Below the pieces are notes generated by a model. The model did no database searches and had not been told where the DNA came from. It saw only the letters and a program-made list of their open reading frames with translations. The translations under genes and the position numbers were made by a program. DNA of 63,210 nucleotides, counting the filler, from Chiloscyllium plagiosum (taxonomy: Eukaryota): assembly GCF_004010195.1 (NCBI RefSeq). It is 5 parts of one record of this genome, joined end to end, with 100 filler letters (N's around TTAATTAATTAA, not from the genome) between each part and the next. Parts side by side here need not be neighbours in the genome. Positions count along the whole stretch, not along the records: positions 1 to 21,428 come from NC_057712.1; positions 21,529 to 32,705 come from NC_057712.1; 3 more parts are not named here. One strand, 5' to 3'. Shown piece after piece: positions 11,886-24,601 of the stretch (within the stretch, counting starts at the first letter, position 1; every line of letters begins with the position of its first letter).

Positions 11886-13879
11886 AACTGCTCGCTTGGA
11901 GATTATGGATGGGTAATAAATACTGGCCTAGCCTGAAGGTCTCACATCAAATCAGGAGAACAGGTTACTGATTTTGTATGACTTATGCAGTGCCAAAACA
12001 ATAATAGATTTGGACTGTCATTGCTTACATTTTGGAAGCATGTGTTCAATGCTATTATTGATACTAATGAGTTTGGGAATTCACACGGAAGTACTGGACT
12101 ATCGGTTGGAACAATTATGCTGTTCTGACATGAATAGATCTCAATGGTAAAGTAGGGTTTACAGTTTGCTGCAATACTTTGGTGCATTAGAAAAGTTTCA
12201 GAATAGAGTAGCTAAGTTATTTCCAAGTTTATGGTGACTAAATTAAAATGGAAGACTGAATTCATTTTTATTTCTCGAAGGAAGGCTAAGGGGACAGATA
12301 GCTTCCAAACATGTAATGTACAACAAATTGGATCAAATCATGTTAAGAATTGAAGAATTAAAGACATATGGACATGACTTGTTTTGCTCAAGCTAACTAA
12401 GACTTTTTAAATCATGCAGCTATGTGGTGGCCTTTCTCTGAGATTTAACCAGGGCCATATTGTATTACCATCATATGAATAGATCAAAATTGGCCATGAT
12501 ATTAAACAAAGAATCTGTAGTTTTACACCATGTTTCACAACATCCCAGAATGCTTTATGGATGATAAAATATTTCTGCAGCACAATCATTCCACAAATGA
12601 ATACATGGTCATAGCTTGCACTTCACTGACCACCAGGCGAGGAATATTCCCAGGCTTGCTTCATTGTGAATTTGGTAAAACAAAATGACCAAATGTCAAA
12701 GCAAATGTTTTTGTTTTTGTCTAGCTTTCATCCAATCTAGCATCAAAAAGTAACAGACAAAATCTTCATTTCTGATCTCTTGCTGTTCCTGCTCTCCTGT
12801 TTGCTTATATTTGCTTTTTTAAATTCAAATTAATATCCAGAAGAATGCATCTTGTTGGTTCCTAGAGATTACTTCAAACAATGTGAGGATGCAAAATGAG
12901 AGAAATGTATTTATATATCCCATGCTCCTGCATAAATCCAGTTTCATCCAGTTAATTTTGCCATTATGTTTAGTTAAAAAGAACGTTGGAGTTTTGGTTT
13001 TGTTCAACATAATCAATAAAGCAGAAAGATTGTTACCTTGATTTAATTAACTGGACTAGTGCCAGCAACTTGATGAATTAGTATGCATAGCTGCTGTCAA
13101 GAGTCCAGAGATAAAATACTTAATTAGTCATGCTTTTTTGTTAATCTAACATAATCTAAGACATTTATTTATCAGTTTATATAAATGATGCCATTTACTC
13201 CGATTTCCCTCAATTTGAAGGATACGCACAGTCAACTCCCAATCTATATTTGCACCCTATTACATGTAATTGAGAATATATGACACTGTTGACCAGTTTC
13301 TCAATGTACAGGCACATTGCTTTGTCCAGAACGACAATTCCTACAAAATAAATGTGATGAGAATGAAGACAGAGTATGTTTAACAAGAACAGAGCAGCAT
13401 ACAAATGGAAATATAGAGTATTATACTCAACAATAAATAAAAACAGTGATGCTCTCTGTTTAACACCAGCAGCCTTGAACAGCAACATCAGGTTGAACTG
13501 AGTGAGAGAGTCAGAGGTTGAGGATTAGATTCCCACTGCCAGGGAGCTGGTTTTTCCCACTTTCTCCAGCCTGTTCATTGAATCTCTTAGCACTCAATCA
13601 CCCTGAGTTGGCATGAACGCCCACCTGGGAGCCTTGCCCTGTGTTGTGTTGTTGCACCTTAACCCGAATCCAGAGATAGCAGGCTCACAGTACTGCTGTA
13701 TTGCCTTACCTTTCAGTGCAGGTACAAAGTCAGAAAGCTTGTCATGTTTGTCAGCAGTTCTGAATTAAATCATGGAAGCTGGCCTTTCATCAGGAGATCC
13801 TAGCAGAGTAACTCGGGAACATTTTCTGATACCAGTGCAGGGCCTTTGACAAAAAGCAGGCAGAGTCCGGATCCTCTCG

Positions 13880-15678
13880 CATTAAGGGGTGAGGAGCTGA
13901 ATGGCAGATAGTCCACCATTCATTTTGACCCTTTCCGTTTTGCTCCTGGAATGAGAGAGAGCGAGAAAAATGTGGATGGCACAGCTGTTGCTTTTGGTGA
14001 AGTTGGGGAGATGTCTCAAGGCATGACTTGACAGTGTAGCAACAGGAAGGGTAATAGGAGTGTGGAGGGGGAAATCAAAGGTTAGCATTGTAGAGGGAAA
14101 TGCAGGGTGAGTGCTGTAGGGGAAAAGTAGGGTTAGTGTTGTAGAGGGAAATGTAGGGATAGTGTGCGGGGGAAATGCAGGGTTAGTGGTGACGGGGAAA
14201 TGCAGGGTTAGTGGTGTCAGGGGGTAATGCAGGGTTAGAGGTGTAGGGGGAAATGTAGGGTTAGTGGTGTCAAGGAAAATGTAGGGTTAGTGGTGTAGAG
14301 GGAAATGAGGGCTAGTGGTGTCAGGGAAANNNNNNNNNNNNNNNNNNNNNNNNNNNNNNNNNNNNNNNNNNNNNNNNNNNNNNNNNNNNNNNNNNNNNNN
14401 NNNNNNNNNNNNNNNNNNNNNNNNNNNNNNNNNNNNNNNNNNNNNNNNNNNNNNNNNNNNNNNNNNNNNNNNNNNNNNNNNNNNNNNNNNNNNNNNNNNN
14501 NNNNNNNNNNNNNNNNNNNNNNNNNNNNNNNNNNNNNNNNNNNNNNNNNNNNNNNNNNNNNNNNNNNNNNNNNNNNNNNNNNNNNNNNNNNNNNNNNNNN
14601 NNNNNNNNNNNNNNNNNNNNNNNNNNNNNNNNNNNNNNNNNNNNNNNNNNNNNNNNNNNNNNNNNNNNNNNNNNNNNNNNNNNNNNNNNNNNNNNNNNNN
14701 NNNNNNNNNNNNNNNNNNNNNNNNNNNNNNNNNNNNNNNNNNNNNNNNNNNNNNNNNNNNNNNNNNNNNNNNNNNNNNNNNNNNNNNNNNNNNNNNNNNN
14801 NNNNNNNNNNNNNNNNNNNNNNNNNNNNNNNNNNNNNNNNNNNNNNNNNNNNNNNNNNNNNNNNNNNNNNNNNNNNNNNNNNNNNNNNNNNNNNNNNNNN
14901 NNNNNNNNNNNNNNNNNNNNNNNNNNNNNNNNNNNNNNNNNNNNNNNNNNNNNNNNNNNNNNNNNNNNNNNNNNNNNNGTTTCGGGCACAAGCCCTTCTT
15001 AGTGGTGTAGGGGGAAATGCAGGGTTAGTGTTGTAGAAGGAAATGTAGGGTTAGTGGCGTTGGGGGGTAATGCAGGGTTAGTGGTGTCGGGGGGTAATGT
15101 AAGGTTAGTGTTGTAGGGGGAAATGCAGGGTTAGTGGTATCGGGGGAAACGCAGGGTTAGTTGTGTAGGGGGAAATGCAGGGTTAGTGGTGTTGGGGAAA
15201 TGCAGGGTTAGTTGTGTCAGAGAAAATGCAGAGTTAGTGGTGTCGGGGGAAATGCAGTTAGTGGTGTAGGGGGAAATGCAGGGTTACTGGTGTCAGGGAA
15301 ATGTTGGGTTAGCGGTGTCGGGGGTTTGGGCTTGGTAACAGTGAGTGAGTGAGGATGTTATAAGTAATTGTGAGCCTTGCTGGGAGATGGGGACAGTAGA
15401 GAAGGTAGAGTTAGATTGATGTATCAATGCGAAGACGGTTTGCTGTTAGTGTGGATAAGGACATTGACCTTTTTCCTGCAGTGCTATGCCTCTCTCCAGA
15501 TGGCTGAGACTGCTCTGACCCACGTGGCAACCTCCGACCAGGTTGGCATGGTCTGACGTCATGGTCTCCTCTGCTAGTCCTGTGGGTAGAGGATATCCAA
15601 TCTACACAGCACCCCATTCAGCCGGGCCTCCAGATTGTTACCAACAAATCAGGGCATCGATTTCCCCAACTCTGCCAT
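13880..15678 (-). pseudogene. Harbinger-type Myb/SANT DNA-binding gene relic, two exons
   Basis: Exon 1 (15678 to ~15450): MAELGKSMP*F..LEARLNGV..RLDILYP..W.EVA..V.AVS..R...CRKKVNVL. Exon 2 follows acceptor CTCTCATTCCAG: ERVKMNGGLSAIQLLTP. Confidence 0.7.
14085..15322 (+). repeat. ~28-bp G-rich minisatellite (GGGGAAATGCAGGGTTAGTGGTGT), spanning an N gap
   Basis: Units visible on both sides of the gap at 14330-14978. Confidence 0.92.
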
Positions 15679-15792
15679 GTCATGGGTAATTATCAGGAAA
15701 CTGTGCTGGGCCGCTCCAGACTAACAGTACAGGTGCACAAGAGGCATTTAAACTTGGCACAACATCAGGAAATCCTGTCCTTTCTGGGATAT

Positions 15793-16070
15793 CACAGCAA
15801 TGACTGCTGTTGTGTCTGTGGAGTTTGCACATTCTCCCCGTGTCTGTGTGGGTTTCATCCGGGTGTTCCGGTTTCCTCCCACAGTCCAAAGATGTGCTGG
15901 TCAGGTGAATTGGCCATGCTAAATTGTCCATAGTGTTAGGTGCATTAGTCAGGGGTAAATATAAGGTAGAGGGATGGTCTGGATGAGTTACTCTTTGCAG
16001 GGTCAGTGTGGATTTGTTGAGCCGAAGGACCTCTTTCCATACTGTAGGGAATCTAATCTAATCTAATCTA
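15793..16070 (+). mobile_element. HE1 SINE with partly deleted head
   Basis: GTGGAGTTTGCACATTCTCCCCGTGTCTG body and (AATCT)n tail. Confidence 0.9.
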
Positions 16071-16099
16071 TGGTGAATGGTAGAATGGAGCTAGAATCA

Positions 16100-19000
16100 A
16101 CTTTCAAAGTCAAGTTTTAAAAGCTTGCCCCGGGAGTCTATGGCCTCCATTTTACTAGCAACGAGAGCAGAGAGAACGAAGACCGCGGGCTGCCGGAATG
16201 GTAAACAAACCGTTTAAAAAGCTGATACATTCGGGCAGCGGCTGAACTCGAGACAGGACCTATGTCGTGACTCCCACTCGCCCTCCTCCTCTTACCAAAA
16301 AAAAGGACTCTGTGGTATGTTGATAAGGTAATGATTTTCTGGGGTTCTTTCTATTTTATCGTGTGATTGGTTAAAAAACCTTATCTTTCCTTTCTCTTAA
16401 TTATAGTCTCAACTGAGATAAATCTTAAGATTAAAAATAACAGGAGATCTCAGACCCATGTTCTGCTCCTCTTGCTCAAGGAGGGTGCTCAGGGACATAG
16501 CTGATGTCCCTGGCTCCTTTATGTGCAGGCAGTGTGTCCAGTTGCAGCACTTGTTTGACCGCATGACAGCTCTGGAGCTGCAAATGGACTCACTTTGGAA
16601 CATACGCGATGCTTAGAGGGTCATGGATAGCACATTTAGTGAATTGGTCACACCGCAGATTAGGATTGTGAGAGAGAAAGGGAATAGGTGACCAAAAGGC
16701 AGAGAAAGAGCAGGAAGGCAGTCCCCTGAGGTCATCTCCCTCCAAAACAGGTACAGAGGAACCGTGATTATCCGAATGAGATGAGCAGGCACTATTTCGT
16801 TCAGGTAATTGATTATTTGGTTAATTGATTTCCTCTGAGGTTCGGAGTTTTCTGTGAAGTCCACTCCATGTTCAGGAGACTAGGCAGAAGCACACCGCAC
16901 GCGGGCCACCGTCCTCTCCCCATCCCCACCCCCNNNNNNNNNNNNNNNNNNNNNNNNNNNNNNNNNNNNNNNNNNNNNNNNNNNNNNNNNNNNNNNNNNN
17001 NNNNNNNNNNNNNNNNNNNNNNNNNNNNNNNNNNNNNNNNNNNNNNNNNNNNNNNNNNNNNNNNNNNNNNNNNNNNNNNNNNNNNNNNNNNNNNNNNNNN
17101 NNNNNNNNNNNNNNNNNNNNNNNNNNNNNNNNNNNNNNNNNNNNNNNNNNNNNNNNNNNNNNNCTGTCCACTCCCACCCATCGTTCAACCCCCATCTGCG
17201 TTCCCGCCTTCTGGCCAACCCACTCCCTCCTCCTGTTCGCCTCCCCCCTTCCACCCCCACACCAGGACAGCCGGATTGAACACCACCAGTAAGACTGCTG
17301 CTGCCTTTGTGGGGTAAATCTCCAAATAACACATACACACACACACACATAAGCACACGCACACATGCATACACGCACACATTGTCCTGTATGGGACAAT
17401 GTTGTAGAGATTATCTGGGGAAGTGGGGGGGAGTTTAGGGTTCACCCTTGTGAAGAACTCCAGGGAAAATGTGGGAAGAGAGAGGGAGGGCAGGAGGTCA
17501 GTCATTTGGAGACCGTGCCTAGACTGCCCAGAAATGTTCTCGGCGGCATTTCAGTGAGGCGAGTTCATTTTTAATTGTTGCAATTGTAAACAAAAGACAC
17601 GATCAGGGTTGAAACAGCTCTTCGACATAATATTTCTATCGGGACCTCAAGATCTCCTTCGGATAATTGGATTTTCTGATAATTGATATTTGGACAATTG
17701 AGGTTCCTCTGTATACCGTTTTGGATACTATTGGGGGAGATGGCTCACCAAGGAAAGGTAGCAGTAGCCAATGTCATGGCACCATGGCTGGCTCTGCTTG
17801 TTCAGAAGGGCAGGAAAAGGAGTGGAAGTTCTTTAGTCATAGAGATCCAATTGTAAAAGGAGTCGATAAGCGTTTCTGTAGTCAAAAACGAGACTCCTGA
17901 ATAGTATGTTGTCTTCCGGGTGCACGGGTCAGAGGCGTCTCGGGGAGGGTGAACAGCCAGTTGTTGTGGTGCATGTAGGCACCAATGATATCGGTAAAAA
18001 TGGGATGAGTTCCTACACGAAGAATTTAAGGAGTTAGCAACCAAGTTAAAAAGTAGGACTTCAGAGGTAATAATCTCAGGATTGCTATCAGTGTCACATG
18101 CTTGTCAGAGTAAGAATGATAGAATATTCAAGATGAAAGCGTGGCTTGAGAGATGGTTCAGAAGGGACGGGTTCAGATTTTTGGGACATTGGGACTGGTT
18201 CTGGGGGAGGTGGGGCTATTAAAATTGGACAGTCTACACTTGGGCAGGACTGGAACCAATGTCCTTGGGGGCATTTTTGTTAACGCTGTTGGGGAGGGTT
18301 TAAACTAATGTGGCAGGGAAATGGGAACCAATTGAGGAGGTTAGTGGAGAGTAAGGAGGTAGTAACTAAAGCCTGTAAGGAACTAAGTAATGAGGTCAGC
18401 GTGACTAAGGGGAATAGTAGGAAGGAAGTGGAGGATGAAAGCAGAGGGACTGGTGGTCTGAGGTATACTTGTCTTAAAGCAAGAACTATAGTAGTTAAGG
18501 CAGATGAACTTAGGGCTTGGATTAGTACCTGGGAGTATGATGTTTTTGCTATTACTAAGACTTGGTTGAGGGAAGGGCATGATTGGCAACTAAATATCCC
18601 AGGGTATCGATGCTTCAGGTGGGATAGAGTGGGAGGTAAAAGAGGTGAAGGTGTTGCATTACTCGTCAAAGAGGATACCATAATTGTGCTGAAGGAGGGA
18701 ACTAGTGAAGACTCAAACATGGAGGCAATATGGACAGTGCTCAGGAATATGAAGGGTGCATTGGGATTGTAGTACAGGCCTCCCAACAGTGAACATGAGA
18801 TAGAGGTATAAATAAATAGAGAGATCATAGAAAGATATAGAAGCAATGGTGGCGATAGGAGATTTTAATTTTCCCAACATTGACTGGGATTCACATAGTG
18901 TTAGAGGTCAGGATGGAGCAGAATTTGTAAGGAGCATCCAGAAGGGATTTGCCAGGCAGTATGTAAATAGCCCAACTCAGGAAGGGGCCATACTGGACCT

Positions 19001-21325
19001 GATGTCAGGAAATGAGCCTGGCAAAATGGTTGAAGTTTCAGTATGGGATTACTTTGGGAACAGTGATCACAATTCTATAAGTTTTAGAGTACTCATGGAC
19101 AAAGACGAGTGTGGTCCTAAAGGAAGAGTGCTAAATTAGGAGAAGGCCAACTATATCAAACTTCAGCAGGAACTAGAGAATATAGATTGGGAGCAGCTAT
19201 TTGAAGGGAAATCCACATTTGATCTGTGGGGGGCTTTTAAAGAGATATTGATTAGAGTTCAGGAGACATATTTTCCTGTGAAAATGAGGGATAGAAATGG
19301 CAAGATTAGTGACCTATGGATGACAGGTGAAATTGTGAGACTAGTTAAGGGGAAAATGGATGAGTACATAACATCTAGGTGACTGAAGACAGATGAAGCT
19401 TTGGAAGAATATCAGGAATGTAGGACCAATTTAAAATGAGGAATTAACAGGGCTAAAAGGGATCATGAGATATCCTTAGCAAGCAGGGTTAAGGAAAACC
19501 CCAAAGTCTTTTATTCATATATAAGGAGCAAGAGGGTAACTAGGGGAAGGGCTGGCCCACTCAAGGACAAAGTAGGAAAGATATGCATGGAGTCAGAGAA
19601 AATGGGTGAGATTCTTAATGAGTATTTTGCATCAGTATTCACCAAGGAGAGGGACATGGCCAATGTTGAGGTTAGGGATAGATCTTTAATTACTGTAGGT
19701 CAAATCGGCATAAGTAGGGAGGAAGTTTTGGGTATTCTAAAAGGCATTAAGGTGGACAAGTCCCCAGGTCCAAATGGGGATCTATCCCAGGTTGCTGAGG
19801 GAAGCAAGAGAGGTAATAGCTGGGGCTTAAACAGATATCTTTGCAGCATCCTTGAAAATGGGGGGAGTCCCAGAGGACTGAAGAATTGCTAATGTTGTCC
19901 CCTTGTTTAAAAAGGGTAGCAGATATAATCCAGGTAATTACAGACCTGTGAGCCTGATGTCAGTGGGAGGGAAGCTGCTGGAGAAGATACTGAGGGATAG
20001 GATATATACCCACCTGGAAGAAAATGGGCTTATCAGTGATAGGCAACATGGTTTTGCACAGGGAAGGTCATGTATTACAAACCTAACCGAATTCTTTGAA
20101 GAGGTGACAAAGTTGATTGATGAGGGAAAAGATTTCAATGTCAGAGACCATGGACTTTAGTAAGGCACTTGATAAGGTTCCCCATGGTAGGCTGATGGAG
20201 AAGGTGAAGTCACATGGTGTCCAGGGTGTTCTAGCGAGATGAATAGAAAACTGGTTGGGCAATAGGAGATAGAGAGCAGTAGTGGAAGGGAGCTTCTCAA
20301 AATGGAGACCTGTGACCAGTGGTGTCCCACAGGGATCCGTGCTGGGACCATTGTTGTTTGTGATATACATAAATGATTTGGAGGAAGGTGTGTGTTGCCT
20401 GATTAGCAAGTTTGCAGATGACACTAAGATTGGTCGATAGCAGATATTGAAGGGGACTGTCAGAGAATACAGCAGAACATAGACAGATCGGAAATTGAGG
20501 CAGAGAAATGGCAGATGGAGTTCAATCTGGACAAATGCGAGGTGACGCATTTTGGAAGATCCAATTCAAGACTGAACTATATAGTAAATGGAAAAGTCCT
20601 GGGGACAATTGCTGTGAAGAGAGATGTGGGTATCCGGGTCCATTGTTCCCTGAAGATGGCACCGCAGATCAGCACAGTGGTCAAGACAGCATACGGCATG
20701 CTTTCCTTCATTGGACAGAGTATTGAATATAAGAGTTGGCAGGTCACGTTTAAGATGTATAAGATTTTGGTTCGGCCACTTTTGGAATACTGCATACAGT
20801 TCTGGTCGCTACATTATCAAAACAATGTGGATGCTTTGGAGAGGAGCAGAGGAGATTCACCAAGACGTTGCCTGGTATGGAGGGTGCGAGCTGTGAGGAT
20901 AGGTTGCGTAGATTAGGATTATTTTCATTGGAAAGAAGGAGGTTGAGGGGGGACCTGATTGCAGCCTACAAAATCATGAGAGGTGTAGACAGGGTGGATA
21001 GCAAGAAACTTTTTCCCAGAATGGAGGACTCAATTACTAGGGGTAATGAGTTCAAAGTGAGAAGGGACAAGTTTAGGGAAGATATACAGGGAAAGTTCTT
21101 CACGCAGAGGGTGGTGGGTGCCTGGAACACGTTGCCAGCAGAGGTGGTAGGGACAGGCTTGATAACGTCATTTAAGATGTATCTAGACAGATACATGAAT
21201 GGGCAGGATGCAGAGGGATACAGACTCTTAGAAAATAGACAGCTGATTGAGATAGAGGATATGGATCGGCGCAGGCTTGAAGGGCCGAAGGGCCTGTTCC
21301 TGTGCTGTAATGTTCTTTGTTCTTT
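16100..21325 (+). mobile_element. Near full-length degenerate CR1 LINE (ORF1 zinc finger and SGNH esterase; ORF2 endonuclease and RT)
   Basis: CSSC..CRQC near 16460-16545. VVHVGTND near 17965. [42 protein letters not shown]. Tail TGTTCTTTGTTCTTT. Confidence 0.93.
16754..17711. mobile_element. pogo/Tigger-like MITE (Tc1/mariner superfamily) inside CR1 ORF1
   Basis: Terminal inverted repeats CAGAGGAACC...GGTTCCTCTG with TA duplication. CR1 rejoins as CAGGTA/TACCG. Confidence 0.85.
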
Positions 21326-21428
21326 AATCATGGACCTTGGCCTCACTGGCTGGGCCAGCATTTATTGCCCATCCCGAGTTGCCCTCAAGAAGGTGGTGGT
21401 GAGCAGCCTTCTTGAAATGCTGCAGTCC

Positions 21429-21528
21429 NNNNNNNNNNNNNNNNNNNNNNNNNNNNNNNNNNNNNNNNNNNNTTAATTAATTAANNNNNNNNNNNNNNNN
21501 NNNNNNNNNNNNNNNNNNNNNNNNNNNN
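21429..21528. other. Artificial contig-join spacer N44-TTAATTAATTAA-N44
   Basis: Same 100-bp structure occurs four times in the window. Confidence 0.97.
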
Positions 21529-21689
21529 TGTGAGAAACAAAGCTCACTCACTTCAATAATTTCAGTCCGAGACAAAAATCTGAAGCAGTAGTGTCATTTA
21601 TTTGTACACTTGCAAGTCACAAGGAAGGGACAAAACACACACCGAATTCGACAAACGCTCGATATTTATATAATTTGGCTTCTTTTGTT

Positions 21690-21935
21690 CTTCAGGAATG
21701 AGGAAAGTTTGTCTAGCAGGCTAAGATAAAAGGTAGGGAGGTGGGACTTGGGGGAGGGGCGTCGGAAATGTGATAGGTGGAAAGAGGTCAAGGTGAGGGT
21801 GATAGGTCAGACTGGGGTGGGGGCGGAGAGGTCGGGAAGAAGATTGCAGGTTAGGAAGGCGGTGCTGAATTCGATGGATTTGACTGAGACAGGGTGGGGG
21901 GAGGGGAAATGAGGAAACTGGTGAAATCCGAGTTC
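21690..21935 (-). mobile_element. Penelope-like element terminal fragment
   Basis: First part is the reverse complement of 45700-45775. Confidence 0.75.
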
Positions 21936-21949
21936 AATTGCTTTGGTTT

Positions 21950-22370
21950 TCAATTAAACCAAAGCAGACTGCCAGTGCACTGAACCAAACCTTGTACCAA
22001 CCAACAGATGCTGCTTTTGACCCCAGATTGCACTGCCCATTTCCTAAGAAATCTAGAATAAAAGTCTGACCTTCCAGGCACTTTTTTTCTTGGAATGTGT
22101 TTGGAGAGCCTGGAAATATCCTGCCCCACATTCCTGGCATTGGTGTGAAAATCCTAAGAGATGGCTTTTAACTTTGTGTAACAATGGAAAAGAGGATAAC
22201 AGTAAGTCAGTGGCTTATTTAACATTTCACTTATTGATTTCAATGCAATATAATTCAGGAGAGATGCTGATGATTTATTATTGGACATTTCATGCTGTCA
22301 TACAAAGTCAAATTTATCCTTATTAGTTCTATGCCTGTAGCATCAGCAGATGCTGAACCTGGACCTAGTT
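21950..22370 (+). pseudogene. Endogenous hepadnavirus unit C, RNase H remnant
   Basis: IKPK...PTDA vs DHBV IKPKSSVPLPRVATDA. PKRWLLT, EDNS. WTFHAVIQSQIYPY*FY vs WHFAMLAKQLLKPIQLY. SAD vs PAD. Confidence 0.6.
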
Positions 22371-22849
22371 CATCCAGATATTGAAATTCAAATATTTCAG
22401 GAAGTTGTGCACAGAGAGATGTGCAGGGATTGTGATTCAGATTGTCATTTTATTTATTCTGCCATTTGTAAAGCAAGAGAGTTCAGCTTAATGATTAATG
22501 ATTAATAAGGTAAGTTGAATTTTTTTATTCTGACAAGTTGTGTTAAAAGTGGCTTAAATTCTACATGGGCTTGCAATTAGTCTACAAGAAACATTTTGCA
22601 CAGATCATAAACCTTCCAGACTTTCACTCAGAGTTCTGGAGGAAATTGACTTCTCATAAAACAACTGTAATTGTTTCAAGATACTTCAGGCTAATTGTGC
22701 ATAAAATGCAATTAATGTTAATGTTGCATAAACTGGGTCTAAGAGGCCCATCATCCTGAGATGTTGTAGGTTTAGTTATATCTGAAGTCATAAATCTACA
22801 AAATGCATCAGCTAGAAGTATAACAATGAAGAAATTTACTTTCAAGTTC

Positions 22850-24357
22850 TTCCCTGTATTGGTGAAGTTTGGATGCAATGGGGTGCAAGTTATTTTATAC
22901 CTTAGTTTGAGCCAAATGGATTGTGTTCTTGAATCCTCTGAAACATCCTTTTTCTCTCCTGCTTGTAATGTTTTCCTTAACCAAAACCTCCATCACCATG
23001 CCTATTTGTTCCCTTTACTGCCTCTTCTGAACATCTTGTAACCAGGAATATTTAACAGCCAGACCTGCCCTGTCCTTGCTGCCTTCTTATGGCTCATGTT
23101 TGCCCAATCCTTGACATTGCTTGTCAATGAAATCTCAGCAATAGACCATGCTGAGGTAACTGACATCTTCGTTTCATTGCTACTTATTATCGATTAATGG
23201 ATTGATATTTGTAGAGTGAACAGTAGTTTATTCCTCAAGTCATCTAGTCAGATGATATTGGATATGCCATGAACCTCCACACTATGCCGTTGGAGTTCAA
23301 AGATAAAGAAATAATTAAATATTTATTTTACCAGCATTTCTACCAAGATTGGAAAGTTGCAAGCACAGATTGCCATTTTGGGGACTGTGATGTTGTGATG
23401 ATAATGGTGATCTCTTTTAAAGAAGGGCAGATCTGGTTGTTAAATATTTCAGAAGAGGTATAAAGGGAAAAAAAAAGTGGTGATTCTGGCTAAGGAAAGC
23501 ATGACAGCACTAGAGAAAGAGGATGTTTCAGAGGGTTCAAAGACACAATCTATTTGGCTCAAACTAAGGAATAAAAAAAGTGCAATTACATTATTCAGCA
23601 TAATATATAGACAACCAACTACTGGTTGGATGTAAAGGAACAAATCTGCAAGAAAATTGCAGAGAGATGTTACCTAATATGGTGATGAAACATCTGAAAA
23701 CAGATCTTCCAGTTCAGTGAGCTACCTTAAATACTTATCATCAACCTGAGCTACAAATCTTCTCAAAAATCACAAAGGTATTAGCATCATAGATTATTTA
23801 TAATGGGGACTTTAATTGTGTTGCTGGAAGGGACTATAAGGGGCAAGTATTCCTAGGTTCTATTCAGGAGCATTCCTTACAGCAGTATGTGACAAGTCCA
23901 ACAAAAAGGAAGGCACTACTAGGTCTGGTTTTGGGGCATAAGGTATGACAGTGATCATTGTATCATAGTGTTTAGGGTGATGGTAGAAAATGATTTTGGT
24001 CAATTCAGAGGAAGAATAATCAACTGATGGAGAGCCAACTTCAATGGGCAAGAATAGACCTGGGTAAGATAAACTTGACACAAGTGTTGTTATAACAAAA
24101 GGTAGCTGAGAAATTTGAAAAACTTCAAAGCGTTCATGCACAAATCAAAGGTGCATTGCCTCAAACTGGAAGGGTAAGTCAAACACATTGTGAGCTCCCT
24201 TAATTACAAAAGAATTTCTGTGACAAGACAAAAAATGAAAGACGTTTCTGGAATCTCCCATCTTCTATTGTGTGGCCAATGTAGTTAAATCAACAGAAAA
24301 TTACAGGAGTGCAAGATCATCAAGAAAAGAACTGAGAGGTATCAAAACGCATTATGC
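22850..24357. mobile_element. Old CR1 endonuclease fragments (minus 22850-23070; plus 23380-24357)
   Basis: SIWLKLRNKK..IYR and IMGDFN motifs. The two pieces are mutually inverted homologs. Confidence 0.75.
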
Positions 24358-24601
24358 CTGAAGTGGTGCTAATGGGCCAACAGTTATATTAAACAATGTG
24401 CAGTGGTTTTTGACCACAAGCATAGAACCTACCCTCATACCTCAGGTGATTCATCTTGAATTGACCCATCACATGAACAAGCTCCTGGTCTTCGAAAAAT
24501 GTTTTTAATTGTACATTTTCTAAACCCTTGCTTCTACTTTGTAGATAAAATTCATTTTATAATGAACATCAAGAGCCTCTACAAAAGAGTCCACATTCCA
24601 G

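Larger units (their letters stand above)
6950..13850 (-). mobile_element. Endogenous hepadnavirus unit A (core C-half, TP, RT, RNase H), fragmented by TEs
   Basis: Core TNMTSFLTLYL ~13750. TP FIVEYNTLYF ~13430 and LDKAMCLYIEKLVN ~13320 (HBV LDKGIKPYYPEHLVN). Motif A NLHNHYTLVINKVSNIFADI*GAFFHFLL 10826-10739. B' KASKGMHFCSF ~10595. ILQ*EMILNCSKIEP ~8050. ID* ~7845. RNase H GTDCASVL*RR ~7210, FP*FLA ~7070, FIPS ~6995. Confidence 0.75.

Noticed and set aside
11945..13120. Extra RT-like strings on the minus strand (LSLD, INW..MGYIN, RLVV, SPNL..SPDL)
   Set aside because: They conflict with the better motif A at 10826-10739 and fall in the expected spacer. They show the false-positive risk of matching by eye, though a local duplication is not excluded.
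14085..15322. True telomeric array
   Set aside because: There are no (TTAGGG)n runs, only one motif per longer unit.
14287..17399. ORFs full of X residues
   Set aside because: Artefacts of the N gaps.
22400..22515. Candidate host exon (TTTCAG...AAG/GTAAGT)
   Set aside because: It has stops in all three frames and no partner exons.
24240..24357. STENYR and Arg-rich run as a viral core C-terminus
   Set aside because: Better explained as the CR1 endonuclease-RT linker (Y...R..KKE.R..K..Y).
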